A program made the translations under genes and the position numbers. DNA of 64,000 nucleotides from Patescibacteria group bacterium UBA2773 (GTDB lineage Bacteria > Patescibacteriota > Minisyncoccia > Moranbacterales > DUUL01): positions 88,933 to 152,932 of the forward strand of contig DEIN01000003.1 of NCBI GenBank assembly GCA_002352465.1, written 5' to 3'. Below, in pieces: positions 37,801 to 46,050 of the stretch (position 1 is the first letter of the stretch; each line of letters begins with the position of its first letter). Under the pieces are notes generated by a model that had not been told where the DNA came from, searched no databases, and saw only the letters and a list, made by a program, of their open reading frames with translations.

Positions 37801-37930
37801 CAGGGAACTCAATATCTGGAAGCATATCCACTCCCAAACGACTCAGAGAGACAAAACCAAAAACAACAATGATTAAAACCATCATTGTTATAGTCACTGG
37901 TCTATCGACTGAAAACTTTGGTAAACTCAT
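34820..37930 (-). CDS. RND efflux transporter permease (AcrB/SwrC-like)
   Basis: 1036 aa; GIGMLVDNAVVVIENI, GIVVNNAIVLVD, RLRPILIT. Confidence 0.95.
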   Translation of the reverse strand: MSLPKFSVDRPVTITMMVLIIVVFGFVSLSRLGVDMLPDIEFPVVSIVTSYNGVAPKDIEDIITKPIEDAVATVKDAKTIKSISQESASIVMIEFNSGTKIDFAAQDVRDKIGLIEDYLPQDANKPLVIKMDVGAMPVLGYGVTCDSLNTLELKKVLEDNIKDKIERLDGVATMEIRGGQKREILIKLNKQLLESYNLTQSQIVQILRGENINLSGGFIEQGLLELPIRTVGEFKNLDEIKNTVLIIRNDTPIYLYDVADVIDTHEEIRGHSRTNKKDSLLLMISKQSGANTTEVAKSIKKELPKLKEFLPKDAEFSLVMDQSRQIETSTKSVTQSGLIGGLLAIIIIYIFLRNWRPTVAIAFAIPLSLIATFIPLYVVGYTLNLMTLGGLALGIGMLVDNAVVVIENIYRHLEKIGKRRKAAIIGSNEIALAITTATLTTIAVFLPMSLGTGIAGQLSRGLSLTIIFALLASLFVALTLVPMIASKIFKKREEVKDYRKASGENRFIKLQNSYKKILIWSLKNRLKTILVTISLLIITIAMVPFIGTEFMPESDQSIMILQIEMPVGTSLKQTDNATRLTEEIIAKKVGESIVSATSFVGQSDDMAEGASMGMGGGINEAMILIKLKDKKERKMSGAQIIEIIRQNKPSINGLELNSMDMAGAMMGGASTPIEIKIFGKDLEVLQKVSDNIANEIKGIDGVRDINTTLSQGKPELLIAIDRERASHLGLTVGQIGSLVKSSMQGSIATQFRQGGEETDIRVRYNKADRDSIEKIENLTINSSFGGQILLKQVAKISYDQGPIKINRENQLRVASVTSNILDRDVGSVVGDIKDKLEKFDMPSGYFIEYGGSYKQMQDTFGTLALALALGVLLVYMVMASQFESLIHPFIVMFELPLAFIGVGLALFITGQSLSLPSFMGIIMLAGIVVNNAIVLVDYVNQLRKKGMSEFDALVEGGTTRLRPILITSITTLLGILPMALAKQEGSEMMRPMAIAVIGGLLVSTVLTLIVIPVVYSLVERFSRRVYVEFGKIGNKK

Positions 37931-37934
37931 AAAT

Positions 37935-39056
37935 TTATTGATTTTTTACTATTACTTTTTCTCCCTCTTCTAGCTCATAAGTTCCTCTTATCACCACCTC
38001 CTCATTTCCTACTAATCCCTCAACCACTTTTAATTTATCTCCAAAAGACTCAGTTTTAATTGTGACTATCTTATTTCTCGAATCACTACCAACTAAATAT
38101 ACTTTTTCTGTGTCACCTTCCATAAAAACTGCTGTCTGGGGGATTATTATGACATTGTCTTGCTTGGAAATAACTATATCTATTTGAGCTACTATTCCAG
38201 CTTTTATTTTTCCGTCTGCATTATCTAATTGAATTTTAACTGGAAATTTTTTGTTCCCCGAATCGGCCACTGAACTAACATAATGAACCGTTCCAATGAA
38301 TTTTTCATTTGGATAAGCTGCTAAATTAATTTCTGCCTTCTGCCCAACGGACACTTTATTAATGTCAAATTCAGTTAACGCTAATTCAATTTCTATGCTT
38401 TCAGTATTAACAATGTTCGCCACCGGACTACTTGTTGTAACCATTTCTCCTACCTTAGCATATATCTGATCAATCACACCTGAAATAGGTGCCACAATTG
38501 TGGTATTGCTCAATTTTGCTTGAGCAGAATCCAACTGTCCCTGAGCAATTGCAATTTTCAATTCTGCACTTTTCTTAACGCTAGAATAATTCGCTTCAGC
38601 CTGATCTTCCTCGTCACCATCGGCTATTTCTACTGCAACTTTAGCTGCTTTTTTTTCTTTTTTCATAGCAGCGATAGTACTATCTAAAGTAACCTTAGCA
38701 TTGTCATAAGCCACTAATAAAGTTCGATCTCTTTCCAGCTGAATAATAACTTGTCCGGCATCAACCCACGTCCCTTCTTTAAAATAAATATTAGCAACAT
38801 TACCTGTCATTTTAGAATTAATTTTGGCTTCGCTTGATGGTTTGGTCACCGAAGAAGTAGAAATATATTGATTCACAGTTTCTGACAATACTTTTTTCGT
38901 TTGAACAGTTGTTAAATCTCTACTAGAAACAGACTTTGAGTCATCCGTTACGTCGCTAAATGTTTTGAACAAGGCAAAGCTACCCATAGCTACTAACACG
39001 ATTACTAAAATAACACCTGATAATTTTTTTCGGCTATCTGTAATTAAGTTTTTCAT
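37935..39056 (-). CDS. RND periplasmic adaptor (membrane fusion protein)
   Basis: N-terminal TM, lipoyl halves (GNVANIYFKEG; IVAPISGVI), beta-barrel. Confidence 0.92.
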   Translation of the reverse strand: MKNLITDSRKKLSGVILVIVLVAMGSFALFKTFSDVTDDSKSVSSRDLTTVQTKKVLSETVNQYISTSSVTKPSSEAKINSKMTGNVANIYFKEGTWVDAGQVIIQLERDRTLLVAYDNAKVTLDSTIAAMKKEKKAAKVAVEIADGDEEDQAEANYSSVKKSAELKIAIAQGQLDSAQAKLSNTTIVAPISGVIDQIYAKVGEMVTTSSPVANIVNTESIEIELALTEFDINKVSVGQKAEINLAAYPNEKFIGTVHYVSSVADSGNKKFPVKIQLDNADGKIKAGIVAQIDIVISKQDNVIIIPQTAVFMEGDTEKVYLVGSDSRNKIVTIKTESFGDKLKVVEGLVGNEEVVIRGTYELEEGEKVIVKNQ

Positions 39057-39077
39057 AATTAAAATATTTAATAAGCT

Positions 39078-39629
39078 TTATAATAGAACCTCAACAATCT
39101 GATCAGCAACCTTATCAGACCTAATTTTCTTGTTTAAAAACGAATATTCCAAAATTAATCCGTCCATCGTCCCAATCAATAGAGAAACCAATAACTCTTT
39201 GTTGACTATTTTTTTCACTCTATTATCAGCAAACATTTCTTCGATTACTGGATAGATTAGATCAACCCGTTGTTTTTTTAATTGTACGATGTGCTTTCTT
39301 ATTTGAGTATTGGTTGGCGATAATTTTAACATCACAGATTTAACGAGATTTTTTTCTTTCAAGCCAAAATCCAAATAATTTTTGATGAGTTTGTGTAATC
39401 TTTTATCAACCGTTTTCTCATTAAAAACTTCGGAAACAGACAAGCTCAAATCCCCGAATGCTTCATTAAGTACTTCTGTGTAAAGTTCCACTTTGCCGGT
39501 AAAATGATAATAAAGAGCGGCCTTAGTGATATTAAGTTTTTTAGCAATATCACTCATAGAAACACCTAAATAGCTGTATTCAGAAAAAAGATTACGAGCT
39601 ACATCAATAATGTGTTTTCTTGTGCCCAA
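39078..39629 (-). CDS. TetR/AcrR family regulator
   Basis: ARNLFSEYSY...MSDIAKKLNITKAALYYHFTGK; start codon uncertain. Confidence 0.92.
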   Translation of the reverse strand: MGTRKHIIDVARNLFSEYSYLGVSMSDIAKKLNITKAALYYHFTGKVELYTEVLNEAFGDLSLSVSEVFNEKTVDKRLHKLIKNYLDFGLKEKNLVKSVMLKLSPTNTQIRKHIVQLKKQRVDLIYPVIEEMFADNRVKKIVNKELLVSLLIGTMDGLILEYSFLNKKIRSDKVADQIVEVLL

Positions 39630-39691
39630 AAAAATGTCTTTATCTATTTTTTTAATTTTATTTATGACCTTTTAGTTTAATTTTTTAGTCT

Positions 39692-39743
39692 ACTTACCGA
39701 TCGGTAAGTTATTTTAGTATACCGGAGTGCAAATTTTTGTCAA
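39692..39743 (-). promoter_or_regulatory. Promoter and palindromic TetR operator
   Basis: Perfect 18-bp palindrome ACTTACCGATCGGTAAGT (39692-39709) downstream of TTGACA-16-TATACT. Confidence 0.8.
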
Positions 39744-39869
39744 GTAATGCAACACTATCATTCTGCTCTCAACTCGACTCAAAAAACTCATGCTTAAGCA
39801 TAGAAAAGATACATTGAATATCAAACAACATTATTATAATCAAGATTTATTAAGAATTCCCATAACTAA

Positions 39870-39942
39870 AGTTCCCAAGCACATCCACCAGGGGGGGAGC
39901 AAACGAAAAAATCACTTTCTTTATTTAGACAGTGATTTTTTT
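39870..39942. other. Degenerate att-like junction 4 plus terminator
   Basis: AGTTCCCAAGCACATCCACCAGGGGGGGAGCAAACG shares CATCCAC with junction 2 and GGAGCAAACG with junction 3; followed by an AAAAAATCACT/AGTGATTTTTT hairpin. Confidence 0.5.
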
Positions 39943-40032
39943 AATACTCTAAATCAAATTTTGAATTTATATTAACGATTTTTCTTAATATGGTATAATG
40001 CAAAGAATAATCTAAACCATATTAAGAAATTT

Positions 40033-40437
40033 ATGCAATATCTAAACAAAAAACTTCAAATAAGGATCGATGGGAAGCTAAAAAAACTTAACTCATTCCG
40101 TCCGCTTCCAGTTTCTGCTGTTAAAAAACTTAAAGAACAATTTGAAATAGAGATGACTTACAATTCCAATGCCATCGAAGGCAATAGTCTAACCCTAGAA
40201 GAAACCTATTTAGTAATAAATGAAGGACTAACCATAAAAGGAAAATCTCTCAAAGATCATCTTGAGGCAAAAAACCATCAAGAAGCCTTGGAATATTTAT
40301 ATGACCTAACTGAATTTAATAAAAAAAATACTCTTTCAGAAAATTTAATCAAATCGCTTAATCAAATAATTCAGCAAAGCATTGATGGTGTATTGAACCT
40401 TCCAGGAAGATGTTTCTTTCAGATAAATATTTTGTAA
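40033..40437 (+). pseudogene. Truncated Fic-family protein (N-terminal part only)
   Basis: TYNSNAIEGNSLT...EAKNH present; catalytic HPFxxGNGR absent; similarity ends near 40380. Confidence 0.8.
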
Positions 40438-40546
40438 ATTTTGACGATTTTCATTTTACCCCAACAAATATGTTTTTTCTTAATTTTACAATTCTTTGTT
40501 CTTCAAGCTGAGTTATTTCCTTTCTTCTTGTCCGAAGTGGCACTTT
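40381..40546 (-). pseudogene. Frameshifted transposase fragment (IS481/IS3-like)
   Basis: Stitched frames read RRKEITQLEEQRIVKLRK/HICWGKMKI/ETSSWKVQYTI, like the HTH preceding rve domains. Confidence 0.45.
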
Positions 40547-40567
40547 TGATTTATCTTCCAATCGGCA

Positions 40568-40624
40568 AAGACTGGCTACTTCGATTAGATTTAAACCAGC
40601 CCAATCACAAGTTTGATCGATGAT
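40568..40624. repeat. 57-bp exact direct repeat, copy 1 (non-coding)
   Basis: Identical to 41557-41613; diverged homology continues to about 40650. Confidence 0.9.
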
Positions 40625-40710
40625 GATATCTTCTTTTAAGGCTTTAATTTAAATTACTTTTTTGAATTAAAGATATATTTTATCTAAAAAAAATCCAAAT
40701 TAAAATATTA

Positions 40711-40744
40711 AAAAAATCCTTCAGTTTTTAAAAAACTGAAGGAT
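40711..40744 (-). terminator. Terminator of PEP-CTERM gene 1
   Basis: ATCCTTCAGTTTTT-a-AAAAACTGAAGGAT with minus-strand U tract. Confidence 0.75.
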
Positions 40745-40773
40745 CTACTCTACTCAAATATTATCAAGCAGAA

Positions 40774-41304
40774 TTATTTTTTTAGAAAAGTTTTTTTCCT
40801 TCCTAGTGAGGCTACCCCCAATAGTCCGGCTCCAAACAAAAGCAATGTAGCTGGCTCTGGCACTGGAGAATGTCCAACCCTTTTCAGATCAGCCTGATAA
40901 AGATTAGTCGCAGTTGAGAGTAAAGGTCTTACATTCTCAATATTCCATTGCTTATTACCAATATGTTCTAACGTCGCTGCATCAACAATAACACCATCTA
41001 AAAAAGCAAAGAAATCTAATGTAAATAAAGAATCATCAGTAAAACCAAGCTGAAAATTCATGTTTGCAGTTTCTGGACCAGAGGCTGAAATGTAGTCAAC
41101 GGTATCAACGTCAGTGGCCCAACCTGAGGTTGTATACCCGCTAGAACCACTAAAGAATACCAATCCAGGCTCCATGAAAATATCCAACTGATCAAAATTA
41201 CCTACTCCAACTTCCTTAAACGTCTGCGACCAAGGTGAAGCCGTTGCATTCGAAACCAATACTAACATTACGATCGTAAAAAGAACTACTAAACTTTTTT
41301 TCAT
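40774..41304 (-). CDS. PEP-CTERM sorting-domain protein
   Basis: Signal peptide MKKSLVV...ATA; C-terminal PVPEPATLLLFGAGLLGVASLGRKK. Confidence 0.92.
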   Translation of the reverse strand: MKKSLVVLFTIVMLVLVSNATASPWSQTFKEVGVGNFDQLDIFMEPGLVFFSGSSGYTTSGWATDVDTVDYISASGPETANMNFQLGFTDDSLFTLDFFAFLDGVIVDAATLEHIGNKQWNIENVRPLLSTATNLYQADLKRVGHSPVPEPATLLLFGAGLLGVASLGRKKTFLKK

Positions 41305-41372
41305 TTTTACTTCCTCTCTCTATAAAAATTAACTAAAAAATAGACCCTGTAACTCATTTACAGGGCCAAATT

Positions 41373-41400
41373 ACTATAGCAGATAAAAAGTTATTGTCAA
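41373..41400 (-). promoter_or_regulatory. sigma70-like promoter of PEP-CTERM gene 1
   Basis: TTGACA-16 nt-TATAGT with extended TG. Confidence 0.6.
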
Positions 41401-41526
41401 GAGAACCTTCAGCTTTAAAAAGACAAAACTGTCTACTATGTCAATCGGAAAAATTAAAAAATATAAAATTTCCTCTCGAAGAAAATCTTCTTAACTTTTA
41501 ACTTCTATTTATCTTAATAGCTAACT

Positions 41527-42978
41527 TTATTTTTCTCGACAAATTTTTAAGTCTTTAAGACTGGCTACTTCGATTAGATTTAAACCAGCCCAATCACAAG
41601 TTTGATCGATGATAATATAGTTTTTCAAAGCTTGAATTTCCGCAATAGTTTGCAAGCGATTTTCGTTACCAACCACCACCCAACCAGAAAAATCTTCGGT
41701 GGGGTTAGCTTTGTGATGATATTTTAATTTTCCTAAACCAAGATAATAACGCATTGTAGTGTAATCGAAAGGACTGGTTGTAATAACATAATCATTTTCA
41801 ATAGAATTATTTTTTATTAGCTGACTAACTTGATACCACTGAGAATTATAAGCAATTGGCTTTAAGATTATTATTAAAAAAATAAAAACGATAAAAACCA
41901 CAAGCCACGCCCAAGCTTTTTTAAACATCGTCACTGTTATTCCAGCTAGAAGCAAATAAATCATTATGGCTGCTGGCATAAAATAACGAGAAACATAAAG
42001 CTTTAAATTAAAATGAGATAAAACAATCAAAAAAACTAAAGTTCCAAAAGAGAGTGCACTCAGGACAAAGAATTCTTCTCTTTTTATTTTCTTCTTCCAA
42101 GCAATTACTAACAAAATTATTGTAATTATTAAAATCAAAAGTCCAGCCGAACTTGCATCAAAAAAATATTTGAATTCATTGGCAGTCGGAACTCCGCCCG
42201 TACCCAACGGATGACCAAACAAAAATATTTGCAAAGTTTTCGGGATATCGCTTAAATAAGAGACTCCAATCCAACCCAAATTTCCGCCAGAAATATGAGA
42301 GATAAAATAGGGCAACCAACTAGCAAAAAAAACTGCGATAGTCCCCGTCCCTATCCAAAAATTCTTGGGCAACAAAATCGCTTTATAAAAAGACTTTTTA
42401 TGAAAATTATATTCATAAAAAACCGCCGTCCAAAAGAAAACAATAAAAAAGAACAAGGATAAATAATGAGTATAAAAAGCTAATCCACCAAAAATACCCC
42501 ACCAAATCCAATCTCGCCGTTCATTATATTTCAAAGCTCGATAGAAAAACCAAGTCGCCCAAATCATCAACAAACCAAATAAAGAATACATTCGAGCTTC
42601 TTGAGAATATTGGACAGCAAAAGGCGAAACAGCGGTTATCGAAGCCGCCAAAAGCCCACTTTTTTCGTTAAACATTCTTTTTCCGATCCAATAAACTGAA
42701 AAAATGGTCAAAATTCCCATCAAAGTTGAAAAAAATCGAATTCCGAAAGAAGAATAATCAAAAACAGAAGCCCAAGGTTTAAGTAACCAATAATACAAAG
42801 GCGGATGAACATCATCAAAAATCATTTGATTCATTTCGCCCCAAGGTTGTTTGATTAAAATTCCAGTAAAAGCCTCGTCATACCAAAAATCTCGTTGTTC
42901 TAAAACTGGACCCAACCTTAAAATTAATCCAGTTAAAACAATAACAGCTAAAAGCAATCCCAATATTGTTTTTTTCAT
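41527..42978 (-). CDS. GT-C fold membrane glycosyltransferase (PMT/ArnT-like)
   Basis: FWYDEAF, DVHPPLYY, YSQEARMY, many TM segments. Confidence 0.9.
   Translation of the reverse strand: MKKTILGLLLAVIVLTGLILRLGPVLEQRDFWYDEAFTGILIKQPWGEMNQMIFDDVHPPLYYWLLKPWASVFDYSSFGIRFFSTLMGILTIFSVYWIGKRMFNEKSGLLAASITAVSPFAVQYSQEARMYSLFGLLMIWATWFFYRALKYNERRDWIWWGIFGGLAFYTHYLSLFFFIVFFWTAVFYEYNFHKKSFYKAILLPKNFWIGTGTIAVFFASWLPYFISHISGGNLGWIGVSYLSDIPKTLQIFLFGHPLGTGGVPTANEFKYFFDASSAGLLILIITIILLVIAWKKKIKREEFFVLSALSFGTLVFLIVLSHFNLKLYVSRYFMPAAIMIYLLLAGITVTMFKKAWAWLVVFIVFIFLIIILKPIAYNSQWYQVSQLIKNNSIENDYVITTSPFDYTTMRYYLGLGKLKYHHKANPTEDFSGWVVVGNENRLQTIAEIQALKNYIIIDQTCDWAGLNLIEVASLKDLKICREK
41557..41613. repeat. 57-bp exact direct repeat, copy 2 (3' end of the glycosyltransferase gene)
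   Basis: Identical to 40568-40624. Confidence 0.9.
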
Positions 42979-43114
42979 TTTTTGTTTTTTTATTAAAATT
43001 CCACGACTATAATTATCAAAGGAAAATATTCAACAACAATCAACTAATATTAATTTAATTATAATTTCAAATCAACAAAATGTATAGTCTAAATTTTAAA
43101 ATTATTTACTTTAA

Positions 43115-43957
43115 CTAATTTTCATCGTTGTTATTATCAACTTCAATTTCAACATCAGTATTGTAAATAGCTTTGCCTTCGATCCGCAAATCAATATAAT
43201 TCAATTTTTCCTTCTCTTTATTGCTCAAACTAGATTTTAAGATTTCTTTTAGAAGCTCTACTTGACTATCAATATCGTTCTCAATATTAAAATAAACTTG
43301 CCAACCATTTAAAGTTTCAAAACGAATTTCCTTAGAAATCAAAGATGAGGTTTCGATCCTTCGTTCTACATCTAACCCAATTTTTTCTTTTAGCAATTTT
43401 TTAATTTCAAATAAAGATGAAACTAACTGACCATCCTCTATTACCTGATTGTTTTTAACCTCCAAATTACTTTTATCAATTAAAACTGGATAATTTTTAA
43501 ATCGTTTTTCTCGTTCTCCTGCTTGAAGTTGATAAAAAAGCAAACCAGTTTCATCCATTAAAAAACATTTTTCACTACTACACCAGATTATTAGCCCCTC
43601 TCGTTCTTCAATTTTAACGACAATAACATTAGGAAATTTATTTTCAAAAATCACTTCTCTAATTATTTTAAATCGTTCTTTTAATGTCTCGGCAAAAATC
43701 TTTCGAGGAAACAGAAAAAAATTATTTTTAGAACCATACCGAAACCAAAATTCTGCTCTATATTCATTTGAAATATCTTCAACTATTCTTTTTTCCAATT
43801 TTTCGGTAATAATTTCTAAATTTTGCAACTCAGTATAAGAAGAACAAAACAAAACCCAAATACTAGAACCCAAAAAAATAAAGAACAAGAAAGCTAAAAA
43901 TAACCTTTTTAAGAAAATACCCCAAGATTTTTTTTTCTTTTTTTTTCTTTTAAACAT
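43115..43957 (-). CDS. ftsQ: FtsQ/DivIB-like cell division protein
   Basis: Basic N-tail, single TM, FPNVIVVKIEER POTRA end, YIDLR. Confidence 0.75.
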   Translation of the reverse strand: MFKRKKKKKKSWGIFLKRLFLAFLFFIFLGSSIWVLFCSSYTELQNLEIITEKLEKRIVEDISNEYRAEFWFRYGSKNNFFLFPRKIFAETLKERFKIIREVIFENKFPNVIVVKIEEREGLIIWCSSEKCFLMDETGLLFYQLQAGEREKRFKNYPVLIDKSNLEVKNNQVIEDGQLVSSLFEIKKLLKEKIGLDVERRIETSSLISKEIRFETLNGWQVYFNIENDIDSQVELLKEILKSSLSNKEKEKLNYIDLRIEGKAIYNTDVEIEVDNNNDEN

Positions 43958-43959
43958 TT

Positions 43960-44709
43960 CTATTTTTTACTCCTCATAATTTTTTTGATTTCCGCTGATA
44001 CTACTTTAGCGGCCACCAAAGAATGGATATTATGCAAACCAAACAATTCTGTTTTAATATGATCTTTTTTACCATCTAGTTCTAAATCAAAAGTTTGTCC
44101 ATCAGAATTTTCCTCGATATTCTTAATCTTTCCCGCTGATTCTTTGTTTTTACCATAAAAAATAACTGGAGCCTTAGAATATTTTTCGAGAGCTTTGACT
44201 CGATCATGATCAATATTCAAAATTACTTTGCCTTTTTTCGGAACAGAAAAAACCAAATGAGCCATTTCATCATCCATTAAACTTTTATTATCTGAAAAAT
44301 TCCGACTAAGATCTGAAATCACTACCAACAATGGACTAACTATTGAAAGTAAATATTTCATATCACCCTTTTTTTGAATTCCCATTTCTAAAATTAAAAT
44401 TCGAGGAAAATTTCTTTGAAAAAATGAAATGTAGGTACCAGCCAATAGAACATCAACCCATTTGAAAAGAGAGCAAAAACCAGAAGGCAAAAACAGAACT
44501 GCTAGAGGCAAGCCGATCTCAGTATTAAAACTTCTAGGATTTCCTCGAACACCTTTTTCATTTTTAAGTTCTGCTAAAATCTGATCTTTAATAAAAGTTT
44601 TATTAGTTGACCCAGCCACTGCTACTACCAAGGGATTATGTCGATGAATTATGATTTTAGTCAAAAATTTTAAGTACCGTTCAACTATGAATTTAAATAT
44701 TTTTTTCAT
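43960..44709 (-). CDS. MurF-like Mur ligase middle domain (short, degenerate P-loop)
   Basis: VAVAGSTNKT, SFNTEIGLPLAV, LILEMG, LFGLHNI; no C-terminal domain. Confidence 0.75.
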   Translation of the reverse strand: MKKIFKFIVERYLKFLTKIIIHRHNPLVVAVAGSTNKTFIKDQILAELKNEKGVRGNPRSFNTEIGLPLAVLFLPSGFCSLFKWVDVLLAGTYISFFQRNFPRILILEMGIQKKGDMKYLLSIVSPLLVVISDLSRNFSDNKSLMDDEMAHLVFSVPKKGKVILNIDHDRVKALEKYSKAPVIFYGKNKESAGKIKNIEENSDGQTFDLELDGKKDHIKTELFGLHNIHSLVAAKVVSAEIKKIMRSKK

Positions 44710-44745
44710 AAATATTTTAGCTTAAATTTATTTTAAAAATAAATA

Positions 44746-45990
44746 TTAAATTGTCTTCGTTCTTCCCAAGTCCTTTGAATCTCCATATTTTTTATCAAGA
44801 TGTTCTTTTATTCTAACCATTACTCTCAAAATATCATCTTCGGAACGCCCAAAACACATTCTCACATGATTTTCACCAACTTCTCCAAAAGCTTGTCCAG
44901 GCACAACTGCTACCTTAGCTTCATATAACAGTTCCAAAGACAATTTCCAAGATAATGATTTTTTTTGATAATCTTTCAAATCATATTTTTTATTTTCCGA
45001 TTTTTCTTCTAAAACTTTGATCAATTTTTTAGAAAATTTAGGAAAAATGAAATAAGAAGAAGATGGTTTTTTATAACTAAACCATTTTTTCATCCCATCT
45101 AAGTGGCTACAAATCAAATCCCGTCTGTCCTTAAATTTTTCTTTAAAATACTGTCGGTCTTCACTGGCCATCTCGATCGCTGCCAAAGCTCCCCATTGCG
45201 AAACCACCGGAGCACAGGTTATTAAAACATCATGCCGAGCCAATATTCTTTCCGCCAAAGTTTTATCCGTCGCCAAAAAACCTACTCGCCAACCAGTCAT
45301 CGAATAAGATTTAGAAAAAGAAAAAATATAAATTATTCTCTTTCTAAATTTATAGAAACGACCAATCGAATAAAAATCTTGATTATTATAAATAAAATCC
45401 CGATAAACCTCGTCTACTAAAATATAGATATTATGTTTCTCGGCAATTTCTAAAATTTTTATTAACTGATCTTTGGAATAAATTGTTCCCGTTGGATTAT
45501 TGGGATTGCAAAACAAAATCGCCTTGGTTTTTTTAGTCACTAATTTTTCCAGCTTATTTTCATCGAAAGACCATTTTTTGTCTTCACATAACGGAATAAA
45601 TTTAGGAATTCCTTTGGCATTTTTAATCGCTTCTTGGTAAGAAGTATAAGTTGGGTCTGGAATCAAAACTTCATCTCCATCCTCAACTATTGTTAATAAA
45701 GTCGCTGTCACAGCTTCTATCGCTCCAGCAGTAATAATTATTTCATTTTCAAAATCATAATGAATTCCTCGTTTAGCTAAATCCACTTCAATCGCCTCTC
45801 GCAACTCCATAATTCCTGGTGATAGTGAATATTTCGAAGCATCTCCCGCTTGAATATGTTCAATAGCACAACGTTTGATGCACTCTGGAGTATCAAAATC
45901 CGCTACTCCTTGAGCCAATGAAACTGCTCCATAAACCCTAGAAGTTCTAATCTCCATCTCTTTAATCGGAGATAAAATCAATTCAGTCAT
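44746..45990 (-). CDS. PLP-dependent class I/II aminotransferase
   Basis: CNPNNPTG, DEVY, SFSKSYSMTGWRVG. Confidence 0.93.
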   Translation of the reverse strand: MTELILSPIKEMEIRTSRVYGAVSLAQGVADFDTPECIKRCAIEHIQAGDASKYSLSPGIMELREAIEVDLAKRGIHYDFENEIIITAGAIEAVTATLLTIVEDGDEVLIPDPTYTSYQEAIKNAKGIPKFIPLCEDKKWSFDENKLEKLVTKKTKAILFCNPNNPTGTIYSKDQLIKILEIAEKHNIYILVDEVYRDFIYNNQDFYSIGRFYKFRKRIIYIFSFSKSYSMTGWRVGFLATDKTLAERILARHDVLITCAPVVSQWGALAAIEMASEDRQYFKEKFKDRRDLICSHLDGMKKWFSYKKPSSSYFIFPKFSKKLIKVLEEKSENKKYDLKDYQKKSLSWKLSLELLYEAKVAVVPGQAFGEVGENHVRMCFGRSEDDILRVMVRIKEHLDKKYGDSKDLGRTKTI

Positions 45991-46050
45991 ATAAATAGCT
46001 AGATTATTTTTAATAAAATTATTTTCAAAATTTAAACCAAAATTCAGAAC

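Noticed and set aside
39790-39975. 61-aa plus-strand ORF
   Set aside because: Spans the att-like junction and terminator; no recognisable protein features.
40441-40623. 60-aa plus-strand ORF
   Set aside because: Antisense to the transposase fragment and the duplicated glycosyltransferase end.
40568-41639. Repeat pair as a DGR template/variable repeat
   Set aside because: Mismatches are not adenine-specific and there is no reverse transcriptase in the window.
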